The notes under the pieces are model-generated. The model made no database searches and was not told where the DNA came from. It was given only the letters and a program-made list of their open reading frames with translations. Position numbers and translations under genes: made by a program. A stretch of DNA of 64,000 nt, from positions 160,001 to 224,000 of IMG/VR virus record IMGVR_UViG_3300037067_008064; one strand, given 5' to 3'. Positions 27,532 to 37,168 of the stretch are shown in pieces (positions within the stretch are counted from its first letter, which is position 1; every line of letters begins with the position of its first letter). The DNA comes from a virus. Its lineage: Duplodnaviria > Heunggongvirae > Uroviricota > Caudoviricetes.

Positions 27532-29286
27532 TTATTGGGTATTTAATGTACCTGTAATATTAATTTGAGATGAAAATGGTGTAGGATTAAGAATTGAATT
27601 TAATAAATTTGCATAATCTTTCAATACTTGTTCTGTATTATTGTTACTATAATATAATCCTTCATATAAAGTATATTTAGAACCATCAATATTAAGAACA
27701 ACAATAGAATAATTATTATTTGATTGAGATAATATTCTTGTTGATTGTTCAGTAGAAATAAAGAATTCTATTTGTCCTAAAATTAAAATTGCTTGTGAAC
27801 TTTCATATTGCGGAATTTCTATAAGTGTACCATCATCAAGTACAAATGTTAGTAAATACTGTGAACTTGATAAATCAAGTTCAGATTTTCTTCCTTGATT
27901 ATCAAATTGGTCAAAATCAAATAAATATGAAGCACCGGTATTTTTTAAGAATAAAGGTCCTGTTCCTTGTGGATAAACATTACCATCTGCTTTTAACATA
28001 ACATTAGTCACATCATAAAATTGTCTAATGTATTTATTTTCAGTTGGTGTTGTATTATTAATATCTATAGATGTAGTGCCATTTATTTTATTAAAAACAT
28101 TATATGATAGAACATTATTAATATTTAATTTGGTTAATATTCTTCCGTATTTTTTTGGTGTTTCTGAAGTGAATGATGCTCTTCTTATTATTTGAGTTCC
28201 ATCCATACGATTCATTAATCTAACAACATAATTAATACTGTAGGATGAAATAATATCTGCATTTTTTAATACTGGTCTAAAATAATTTGGGTAATTAAAA
28301 TTATCTTCTTGTGTAAATGAAAATCTTTGAGTTAAGATAGATGAACCACCAGTTGGTCCAGGAACATTTTCATAAACATATAATTCATGTAATAAAACCC
28401 ATTTATTAGAATTTGTTCCATATAAATCAGAAAATTCTTGATAATTATCATTTGGATTATTAGATGTGTATAATTGTATTTTATTACTTTCTATATCAGA
28501 CATGTATTGACCAATAATTTGTTCATCCCATGTTGCGTAGTATTCAATATAATCTCCATAAGTTGATTCAGCAATAAAAGCATTAAAATTATCTGCAACA
28601 CTTGTTACTGGTAATTGAAAAGATGTAACATCAGATAAATTATATACATTATTTACTATATTTAAAATGTTACTATATGTAAAAAATATATCAGATGATT
28701 GTTGTATGCTTAATTTAATCCCTATATCAGATGTTGTGTCACCACCGAGTGATTGAACAGAAGGAACTTTAAATTCTATATATTTATCATAAAATCTATT
28801 CCCTAGAAATAAGACAGTTGGGTTAAAATGAATTACATAAGGACTTATAGTTGTTTGTTTTGCCCATGTAAAATTAGATAAATCAACATAATTAGATGAT
28901 GTATCTAATGCCTGAAGTTGAAATAAAAATCCGGCTGTATCATCAAAATTATATCCTGATATAATATGTAATCTTACTGTATCATGAGGATAATCATTTG
29001 TTGTAATAATTGTAGATGAATCTAAATAATTAGCTAAATATTCTGGATTAAGTGAATTAAAATACCAAGAAGATCTTTTTTCATTAAGAGGTACAGAATT
29101 TAAAGCAAAGTTGTTATTTGTAATTCCTAATCCTAATTCATTATAATATTGTTTATTTCCAACATCAGTTATTCCTAAGCGAGGATTTAATGTTGTTAAA
29201 GAAGTTTGTACATTATCTTTATTGAATTCATATTCACATAAAATATAATCGTTAATATAAACATATTTAGAAATGTTTGAAGGCAT
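27532..29286 (-). CDS. Putative virion structural protein
   Basis: 584 aa, N/S/T/Y-rich; late promoter 29299-29311. Confidence 0.5.
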   Translation of the reverse strand: MPSNISKYVYINDYILCEYEFNKDNVQTSLTTLNPRLGITDVGNKQYYNELGLGITNNNFALNSVPLNEKRSSWYFNSLNPEYLANYLDSSTIITTNDYPHDTVRLHIISGYNFDDTAGFLFQLQALDTSSNYVDLSNFTWAKQTTISPYVIHFNPTVLFLGNRFYDKYIEFKVPSVQSLGGDTTSDIGIKLSIQQSSDIFFTYSNILNIVNNVYNLSDVTSFQLPVTSVADNFNAFIAESTYGDYIEYYATWDEQIIGQYMSDIESNKIQLYTSNNPNDNYQEFSDLYGTNSNKWVLLHELYVYENVPGPTGGSSILTQRFSFTQEDNFNYPNYFRPVLKNADIISSYSINYVVRLMNRMDGTQIIRRASFTSETPKKYGRILTKLNINNVLSYNVFNKINGTTSIDINNTTPTENKYIRQFYDVTNVMLKADGNVYPQGTGPLFLKNTGASYLFDFDQFDNQGRKSELDLSSSQYLLTFVLDDGTLIEIPQYESSQAILILGQIEFFISTEQSTRILSQSNNNYSIVVLNIDGSKYTLYEGLYYSNNNTEQVLKDYANLLNSILNPTPFSSQINITGTLNTQ

Positions 29287-29297
29287 AATCTTATATT

Positions 29298-29978
29298 TTA
29301 TTTATATATTCTTTTATTTCTTCTTGCTATAGCACCTTCAATTCCATAAATTTCTTCCCATGTTTTTCCTTTTTTTGCTAAACTTAATTTATATTTTGTT
29401 TCTTCAGATTTAGGACCTAAATTTTTTCCTTTCATTGAAATACTTCTTTTTCTTTTACATTCCTCTGTTTGTTTTTTTCCTAAATTAGCAATTCTACATT
29501 TTTTCGCATGTTCTTCTGATTTAGGTTTTCCTTTAGAAGCTAATGACATTTTAATTTTTGTTTCTATTGGAGTTATTTTTCCTTTATTTCCTTCACTTAT
29601 TTTTCTTTTATGTTCTTCTGAAAGTTTTATCCCTAATAATTTTCCTTTATTTTTTTTACTAATTTTTAATTTAGTTTCTTCAGATATACTATTTTGAACG
29701 TTGTGACCTCCCTTAGGACTTATATTATAACCTTTAGGTTTTAATGTGTTAAATTGAATAATATATTTTTCTTGAGCATCAAAGGCTTCTTCTTTGGTAT
29801 TAAAATATTCTAAAATTTCTTTTTTAAAATTTTTATAACCATATTTTTTAACAGCTTTAATTAATAAAAATCCACTTCCTAAATAAGTATCTTTTTGTTT
29901 AATTGCAGAATGATCACCTACATATTGCTTTCCTGTAATTAAATTGGTTGTTTTATAAACATAAAAAAATTTAGACAT
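29298..29978 (-). CDS. GIY-YIG homing endonuclease with NUMOD3-type repeats
   Basis: YVYKTTNLITGKQYVG...YLGSG...GYN; SEEHKRKIS-type repeats. Confidence 0.9.
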   Translation of the reverse strand: MSKFFYVYKTTNLITGKQYVGDHSAIKQKDTYLGSGFLLIKAVKKYGYKNFKKEILEYFNTKEEAFDAQEKYIIQFNTLKPKGYNISPKGGHNVQNSISEETKLKISKKNKGKLLGIKLSEEHKRKISEGNKGKITPIETKIKMSLASKGKPKSEEHAKKCRIANLGKKQTEECKRKRSISMKGKNLGPKSEETKYKLSLAKKGKTWEEIYGIEGAIARRNKRIYK

Positions 29979-30039
29979 ATGTTTATATTATATATCTAAA
30001 TTCTTATTTTGAAATGTTATTCATAAATAAAATTACTTT

Positions 30040-30051
30040 TATTTATATATC
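30040..30051 (-). promoter_or_regulatory. T4-type late promoter
   Basis: GATATATAAATA. Confidence 0.6.
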
Positions 30052-30058
30052 TCAATCT

Positions 30059-31603
30059 TTAATACTCGTCATTATAATAAATATTTAATATTCTCTTATT
30101 AAAAAATCTTGAAAGTTTTTGAAATAATGTTGGTTTATCAGTATATGAATATGGTTCAATGCCATGATACATATTATCTAAATATTCTGGTAATCTTCTA
30201 CTATCTTCTATATAATCAGAAACAAAATCTTCTCTAAGTTCTTTATGTGTTCCATCATTAAATTCTATAAAAATTGGCCATATATCTTTATTAAAATCTA
30301 TATGAGAAAATTCTGTAAAAATTTCTTCCAAATAATTAAATTCTGGTAATCCTGGTGGATATGATTCATTAACAAATTTTGCTTTCATTTTATCATTATA
30401 TTTATTTTTGTATTCATTAAAACTTATAAAATAAGATTCTTGCGTAACAGGTTCTTCTTTTTTAGCTGGTGTTGGTGTTGGATTTATAAAAGGTTTTTTA
30501 AAATTTAATTTTCCAGTTTGCAATGTTCTTAAAAAACTACCTGGTAAACCCTTTACATTATCTGGTGATTTACCGGCCTTTTCAGCTGTGTCAGATGGTT
30601 GAGGCATATATTTTCTTTCAGGAGCAAATTCAGGTTTAAATTTCTTTAAATATAATCCATTGTTAGCAATTTTATCATAAACCTTTTCATCACTATCAAA
30701 ACCATAAGATTTTTTACAAAGCTCAATTACATTTTCGGGTAAAATTTCTTTAACCGTTTCTATGATTTTTTCCTTTGTCATTGAATCGCTAAAAATATCA
30801 GTTTGGCTGTTTGCTTGTTTAGTGTAAACTCCTTTATATGTTGCCGCAATTGCTAATTGAACAATTTTTAAAAATGTTTTAGGTTCTTTAATACCCGGTA
30901 TTTCTATGTTTATAGCACATATTTTAGCATTAGGATTAAATAAAAATATTTGACTCCATCTATGATGCCCATCTATAATAAATTTTCCATTTGCTGTTAA
31001 AATTCTTCTATTTGGAAATGCTGCTTCATCGGGGTGTTTTATAAAATGTTCAGGATTAGTTGGATTATGTTTAACCATCTGAAAAAATGATTCTCCTATT
31101 CCTATTTGACTTTGTGTTGGAAGAAGTTTATTAACATTATATTCTTCAAATGTAACCTTTACAATTTCATCTGTTGGTATACCATCTTTTTGTCCTAAGT
31201 TTAAAATAGTATTTATTCTTTCATCACTTGCATTATCTTTTAAAACTTTTACAAATTCATCATAAGGCATATTTAACATATCCTTAACTGTTTTCATAGA
31301 AGCATGTTTCTTTTCTTGTTTATAAGATTTTTCTTCGTCTTCCTCTTCAAATATTTGATATTTATTTTGGACTTCTTCTAAAGCTTCTTTATATGTTTTA
31401 TTATTTGGAAATTGATTAGTTAATAATTTAATAGATTCAATTATCATTTTTTTATTTTTTAATGATGATATTCCTCTACCAATTATCGTATAACTAAATC
31501 CATTAATAATTTCATTAACAGATAAATTACAAGAATTAATTTCTAATAATTCTTCTTTAGTTGGCAATCTATAAATAGTTTGTTGAAATATTTTTGGTTT
31601 CAT
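30059..31603 (-). CDS. Modular protein with central ParB/Srx-like domain
   Basis: LLPTQSQI and FIIDGHHRW; internal MKAKFVNES at 30388. Confidence 0.65.
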   Translation of the reverse strand: MKPKIFQQTIYRLPTKEELLEINSCNLSVNEIINGFSYTIIGRGISSLKNKKMIIESIKLLTNQFPNNKTYKEALEEVQNKYQIFEEEDEEKSYKQEKKHASMKTVKDMLNMPYDEFVKVLKDNASDERINTILNLGQKDGIPTDEIVKVTFEEYNVNKLLPTQSQIGIGESFFQMVKHNPTNPEHFIKHPDEAAFPNRRILTANGKFIIDGHHRWSQIFLFNPNAKICAINIEIPGIKEPKTFLKIVQLAIAATYKGVYTKQANSQTDIFSDSMTKEKIIETVKEILPENVIELCKKSYGFDSDEKVYDKIANNGLYLKKFKPEFAPERKYMPQPSDTAEKAGKSPDNVKGLPGSFLRTLQTGKLNFKKPFINPTPTPAKKEEPVTQESYFISFNEYKNKYNDKMKAKFVNESYPPGLPEFNYLEEIFTEFSHIDFNKDIWPIFIEFNDGTHKELREDFVSDYIEDSRRLPEYLDNMYHGIEPYSYTDKPTLFQKLSRFFNKRILNIYYNDEY

Positions 31604-31730
31604 TTAATAATTCCTTATTTTTGAAATTGCTTATATAAAGATGTTTTAGGTTCTTTATAAGTTTCATACCAATTCATTAATTCTTTAACACACCATCTGT
31701 ATGCTTTTGGAAATTCTTTTTGTATATTAT

Positions 31731-33161
31731 CTATTGTAATTGAAAATTTGCTACCTCATTAACAATACTTTCAGCATCTTTTTTATTAGTTGGTCTTATT
31801 CCAATTAAATCTTGTTTAATAACTTTTTTACAAAGTTCTAATAAAATTTTATTATAATCTAAAGAAGGGTCTTCATTTTCATTCATTTTTAAATAACTTT
31901 GAAGTCTTTCTTTAAAAGCCATACATGCCATTACATCTTGGGCAAAAGCATTAAGCCAATCTTCAACATCTATTTCACGCCAAAATTCTCCAGTTTCTTT
32001 TTCAAATTTTTCCCAAAGTGCTGAATTTTGTTTTTCTAATTTTGATTCCATAAAATACATATCTCTAGCAAATTGTTCTGCTTCTGTTGCAGATTCATTC
32101 ATAGATTCATTTGTATTTAAATATTTAAAATTATTATCTAATTCTTCTTTACTAATAGTCCATACATCATTTGGGTCTGTTGGGTCGTCATCAATAGAAC
32201 AAATTCCATAACCTCCTTCATCTCCAAAATAATTATCTTCATACCATAAAACATAAAATTTTTCATCTGGGTAAATGGTGTCGGTACTTACATTATTATC
32301 ATTATTTACTATAATTTCTGTTTTACAAATTATTATATCTTCATCAAAATTATCTAATTCATTTAAATTTTTATTTTCTTTTAGTGATTCATTAGAATTA
32401 ATTTTAACTTCAACACCATCAGGTCCATATACATATACTGAATTTTCATTATCAGAATCATGAACAGCTATTAAATAATCTGATTCATCTATAAGTTCAT
32501 ACATATCACGGCCTCCCAACCAACCCGAATCATCATATTTTACTACTTTTTTCCAATCTTTAAATGGAACAATTGCAATTACTTCAACATCTTCATCATA
32601 ATAATTTTTACCAATCATTCCAGGCTTAACATCTTGAGGTGCAATAGAATCTACATAACCTTCATTAAGAATTTTTTTTTGACTCTCGCCAAGAAATTCT
32701 TGTTTTGCATCTTTCTTTTCTGGTTTTGGATAAAATCTTTCAACTACACTAATTAAAATTTTAATTAATTTTTCGTCCTTTATAATTTGAGAAATTTCAG
32801 CAATTTTTTTAGTGTCTTTATATTTGGTAATTTTAACAAAAGCAGAATTGATAAGAAAAGTTTTATCTTTAGGATTTATAGAAAAACCAATTACAGTCCA
32901 AAATGAAACATTATCTTTTAAAGCAACATGAAACTTAAAATGAGATTTATCAGTTTGTGCTGGTTTAATTTTACCTAATGTAATATATTTATGACAGAAC
33001 TTATTAATAATATCGCGTTCAACTTCTTGTTGATCTTCTTTTTTTGGTTTAGCTTTCTTTACTTTTTCTGGTTCTTTGGTAACATCAGTATTAGCTAAAT
33101 CTAATTTTTCTGTTTTATCTTCCTTTGCTTCATACAAAGATTCAATTACATATTGTTTCAT
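31731..33161 (-). CDS. Modular acidic protein, putative internal head polyprotein
   Basis: VIESLYE, LNE, MNE linkers; promoter variant 33172-33185; may extend to 31615 by -1 frameshift. Confidence 0.55.
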   Translation of the reverse strand: MKQYVIESLYEAKEDKTEKLDLANTDVTKEPEKVKKAKPKKEDQQEVERDIINKFCHKYITLGKIKPAQTDKSHFKFHVALKDNVSFWTVIGFSINPKDKTFLINSAFVKITKYKDTKKIAEISQIIKDEKLIKILISVVERFYPKPEKKDAKQEFLGESQKKILNEGYVDSIAPQDVKPGMIGKNYYDEDVEVIAIVPFKDWKKVVKYDDSGWLGGRDMYELIDESDYLIAVHDSDNENSVYVYGPDGVEVKINSNESLKENKNLNELDNFDEDIIICKTEIIVNNDNNVSTDTIYPDEKFYVLWYEDNYFGDEGGYGICSIDDDPTDPNDVWTISKEELDNNFKYLNTNESMNESATEAEQFARDMYFMESKLEKQNSALWEKFEKETGEFWREIDVEDWLNAFAQDVMACMAFKERLQSYLKMNENEDPSLDYNKILLELCKKVIKQDLIGIRPTNKKDAESIVNEVANFQLQ

Positions 33162-33212
33162 ATTAATAGTTTATTTTATATATTCATTTGTTAAAAGTTA
33201 AAAATTGAATAA

Positions 33213-33734
33213 CTAATTTTGATTATATATTTTTAGTGAATTACTTATTTTATTTTTTGTTTTTATTGTATGATGTTTTCCTAACCAAATTTTATTTCCT
33301 TTTAAAGCTTCGCTAATTTTTCTTTTAGTTTCTTCAGAAAGAATTTTTCCGGAATGTATTTTACCAATTTTAATTTTAGTTTCTTCTTTACATTTTTTAC
33401 CTAAATGAGATTCACTAATTTTTCTTTTGGTTTCTTCAGATAAATAACTTTTTGAAATACCATATCCACCTTTAGGGCTTATATTATAACCATTAGGACT
33501 TAATGTATTATATTCTTGAATATATTTTTCTTGTGCATTAAAAGCTTCTTCTTTAGTATTAAAATATTCTAGAATTTCTTTCTTAAAATTTTTTCTTCCA
33601 TATTTTCTAATAGCTTTTTGAAAATATGGTTTACCGCTTCCTAAATAAGTATCATTTAAGTTATCGGTTGAATGATCACCCACATATTGTTTACCATTTA
33701 TAATATTAGTTGTGATATAAACAAAATGTTTCAT
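33213..33734 (-). CDS. GIY-YIG homing endonuclease with NUMOD3-type repeats
   Basis: FVYITTNIINGKQYVG...YLGSG...GYN; SEETKRKIS x2. Confidence 0.9.
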   Translation of the reverse strand: MKHFVYITTNIINGKQYVGDHSTDNLNDTYLGSGKPYFQKAIRKYGRKNFKKEILEYFNTKEEAFNAQEKYIQEYNTLSPNGYNISPKGGYGISKSYLSEETKRKISESHLGKKCKEETKIKIGKIHSGKILSEETKRKISEALKGNKIWLGKHHTIKTKNKISNSLKIYNQN

Positions 33735-33748
33735 AATACCTTTTGTTT

Positions 33749-34492
33749 TTAAAAATTAAAAATAGAATAATTTATACCAAATCCTACCATAGGTGCTAAT
33801 TTAACAGGATTTGACAATGCTACACCGTAGCCTGCAAAGAAACTTAATCCCCAGTGTTTTTGTGGGAAATATTTTTTAAGTTCTTTAGATTTTTGAGGAT
33901 CAATAATATAACCATCTATATCTGTAAATGATAATCCCGGGAAATCGCTTCGTGCATTAATATAGAGGTTTTTATCTTTTTTATTTTCAGTTAAACTAAC
34001 ATAAAGTTTAGCTCCTAGTTCTAATTTTTGTATATAAGAGTAATAACCTATTGGTTTAAGAGTTGTATCTATAGTTAAAAAAGTTTTGCCATTCATTTTA
34101 AAATAATTACCATCAGAATAAGTTGTATCTTTAGACCATCCTAATTTAAATACTTTATTATTACCGTTAAAATAAGTACTATCTATAATAGTTACAAGAG
34201 TTGTATCGCGATATTCTATTTTAGTAACAACCTTTGTTATAACAATTGGGTTTTCTTTTAATTTTTTAACTTCATTGTAAAGTTCATTATTATATTCTTT
34301 TAAATCACTGATTGTTAAAACTGCAGATTGATTTCTAGCATATAATTCTTTATTAAGATTCATTACATATTCTGTAGAATCTCTGAGAATTTTAGTATTT
34401 CTTTCTGATTTGTTAAGAGCAGAACGTGTAAGTCCAAGCCAAACTACTAATGCTATAATTATAGCTACTAGTATATAAGTTAAATATTTCAT
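33749..34492 (-). CDS. Membrane-anchored spanin-like protein
   Basis: N-terminal TM helix, coiled coil, C-terminal amphipathic beta strands ending GFGINYSIFNF. Confidence 0.5.
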   Translation of the reverse strand: MKYLTYILVAIIIALVVWLGLTRSALNKSERNTKILRDSTEYVMNLNKELYARNQSAVLTISDLKEYNNELYNEVKKLKENPIVITKVVTKIEYRDTTLVTIIDSTYFNGNNKVFKLGWSKDTTYSDGNYFKMNGKTFLTIDTTLKPIGYYSYIQKLELGAKLYVSLTENKKDKNLYINARSDFPGLSFTDIDGYIIDPQKSKELKKYFPQKHWGLSFFAGYGVALSNPVKLAPMVGFGINYSIFNF

Positions 34493-34504
34493 AATTTATT
34501 TATT

Positions 34505-37141
34505 TTAGAAAAATGTATTAAGTGTTATATTAAGTTTACCTTTAAACGTTCCGTATGGGTAATACATTATATCAAATGTATTGTTTTCAGATCTTAAAGT
34601 AACTTCTGATGTAATTATTGAATTAACTGTTATACTTTCACCAACATTTAAATCAACATTAAATAATGAGTCTTTCTTATAACCGATGTGTACAACAAGT
34701 TTAGATATATCAATACCATTTAAGTATGAACTTACTCCGGAAATATTTGCAATAGTTGTTGTGCCATTTTCAGTTATAGAACCAGCAAGAATACCACTAT
34801 AAATTTGAATTGGGTTTGGACTTAAATCTGGTGATGTTGCCCAAATACTTACATCTAAACTTGTGTAATCAAAAGTAGGATGTATTTCTGTTAATCCATT
34901 AACTGTCATATAAATACTAGCATCAAAATATATACTTCCATCAGGTTCTTTAAATACAGTACAATTTTCAACACATACAGCATTAGTAGATAAATCTTTA
35001 TTATCGGTTAATACATATGTTAAGAAACCTGCTGGTGCTGTATAAGATTTTTCTCTATGATATAATCCAATATTCATTACTTTACAAGCAGATGCATCTT
35101 CATATAATGCTATATCTGAGAAGAATTTAGTTGAAACAAATGTTTCTTCTTTATTTATAGCAAATTGAAGATACTTAGTATTTTTTAAATCACTATAATT
35201 TATTTGTTGCCTTGTAGAAGGAAGAAATGTTACTAATCCATCTTTAGATGCATAAATACTTACATCATATAAAGCAGCGTATGGTACGTTTCCTATTGAA
35301 AAATAATTTGAATCACAACTTTCTATTGCACCATTTGGTATTATTGGTTGATTAACAGCTACTAATGCTTGTGTTGCATTATTATAAATAAATCCAACAA
35401 ATAAATAATCATTTATAGAACTATTATTAATAAAATTATAATAAACATTTGCAACAGCGTTTCCTGCTACACGCATATCAAGTTCTTTTGATTTTCTAAT
35501 CCAGCCATTACTTTGTGCATAAGATGCTGCAGTACTTTTTTCAACAAATTCTAAATATGCATTATATTCTTGGTCATATTCTAATCCACTAATTGTAACT
35601 GTTCCGCTTGCTTCAAGATTATGTAATATTATTGGATTAAATGCACTAACATCTGTATTAAATCTATATCTTCCTGTAGCAGCTTCATATATAAGTTTTT
35701 TATTATTATAAATACTATTATCTTTATAAAGAACTAAATTAGTTTGAACTTGTGCCCCATTAGTATAATTTGCAAAAAATCCTTTTTTATCCCAAAGAAT
35801 AGATATTTCATTTCCTGATGAATCCCAATCCCAATATGGTTCACTTGCATTTGGATTAAATAAATTATTAAAAAGATATACGGGATTTAAATCATATGTT
35901 GATAATAACTTATAATCTGAATCATCATACATCATATATGAAAATTTAGAAACTTTTACAGTTCCAACTTCTGTTAGGTTTTCGTTTAACCCTAAATTAA
36001 CTACACCATCTTTTCTTGTGTTATTATCGGGTGCTGGGAATGTTATGGGAGCTATGTCATTATTATAAGATATCCATTCTTGTTTTTCATATGTACCACC
36101 ATATACATATATGTCCCCTCCTAAAATAGATCCTTTACTAAGTGCTACTAATGCTTTAGCGTGCCCACCCTTTAAAATTATATTACCACCTCTAATTATA
36201 TTTCCTTCTTGATTAGGTGTCATGGTATAATTATAACCACCAGTAATTGTAATATCTCCACCCTGTGTTTCTATAGGCGCTCCTAAATTTGAAGCACTTA
36301 TACTTATTTTTTGCCCATCTAATGTTATTGCATTTCCATATCTATATGTTTTTTCAATACCATTTGGAATGTATTCACTTTTAATTTCAAAATTTATTTT
36401 TATACTATTATCTACTTGAAATGTTACATTTGGAATATTCCATAAAACATTTTTAAAATCTAATGCTAATGATACATCTCTTAAAATATTATTAGTATCT
36501 AAATTACCAATTCTAAATGTATTATTTAAATCTCTTGATATTGCAAATGAATTATTATTATTAACCCCGGCCGTAAAAACCATAAAAGGATTTCTAGAAT
36601 TTAATTCTACATCAACAAATTTAATTTGTGCAAAATCAATGGGCTTATTTTTATAAATAGTATTTGGATATAAAGTATAATTAATACCCGGAACTGCTGG
36701 ATAAATATTATCAATTAAATACTTAACATTTGATACTGGGTCAACTGTATTAATAACTCTCTTATAATCACCACCAGTATTTAAACTATTTGTTAATGAA
36801 AAATACCCGGAAATATTTAATAAATAACCAGTTGCTAAATAATATGTAAATCCAGAGGGACCATTGTCACCTTCTGGTATTATTTCATAAATAACAGAAT
36901 TTTTATCAACAAATAAATCTCCATGTTGATATATTCTAGTAGGATATCCTGGTAAAAAATCATCAACATTAGAATATAATAATTTATTATTTACTATTTT
37001 AGTATTAATATTAATGTTATTTCCTGTACCATCTAAATCTGAAAAATAGAATGATAACCCTGTTAATCCATTACTACCATCAACTCCTTGAGTACCATAA
37101 CCAGGTAAACCTGGTGCATATTTAAATTTACTGTTGCTCAT
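34505..37141 (-). CDS. Putative tail fibre/baseplate protein
   Basis: 878 aa; short collagen-like N-terminus GxxGxxG; GGxIxIxGG repeats. Confidence 0.5.
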   Translation of the reverse strand: MSNSKFKYAPGLPGYGTQGVDGSNGLTGLSFYFSDLDGTGNNININTKIVNNKLLYSNVDDFLPGYPTRIYQHGDLFVDKNSVIYEIIPEGDNGPSGFTYYLATGYLLNISGYFSLTNSLNTGGDYKRVINTVDPVSNVKYLIDNIYPAVPGINYTLYPNTIYKNKPIDFAQIKFVDVELNSRNPFMVFTAGVNNNNSFAISRDLNNTFRIGNLDTNNILRDVSLALDFKNVLWNIPNVTFQVDNSIKINFEIKSEYIPNGIEKTYRYGNAITLDGQKISISASNLGAPIETQGGDITITGGYNYTMTPNQEGNIIRGGNIILKGGHAKALVALSKGSILGGDIYVYGGTYEKQEWISYNNDIAPITFPAPDNNTRKDGVVNLGLNENLTEVGTVKVSKFSYMMYDDSDYKLLSTYDLNPVYLFNNLFNPNASEPYWDWDSSGNEISILWDKKGFFANYTNGAQVQTNLVLYKDNSIYNNKKLIYEAATGRYRFNTDVSAFNPIILHNLEASGTVTISGLEYDQEYNAYLEFVEKSTAASYAQSNGWIRKSKELDMRVAGNAVANVYYNFINNSSINDYLFVGFIYNNATQALVAVNQPIIPNGAIESCDSNYFSIGNVPYAALYDVSIYASKDGLVTFLPSTRQQINYSDLKNTKYLQFAINKEETFVSTKFFSDIALYEDASACKVMNIGLYHREKSYTAPAGFLTYVLTDNKDLSTNAVCVENCTVFKEPDGSIYFDASIYMTVNGLTEIHPTFDYTSLDVSIWATSPDLSPNPIQIYSGILAGSITENGTTTIANISGVSSYLNGIDISKLVVHIGYKKDSLFNVDLNVGESITVNSIITSEVTLRSENNTFDIMYYPYGTFKGKLNITLNTFF

Positions 37142-37168
37142 ATTTCCTTTTTATATTTATTCATTGTT

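Noticed and set aside
3102-33734. Group I introns around the GIY-YIG genes
   Set aside because: Flanking genes look complete and spacers are too short for an intron core
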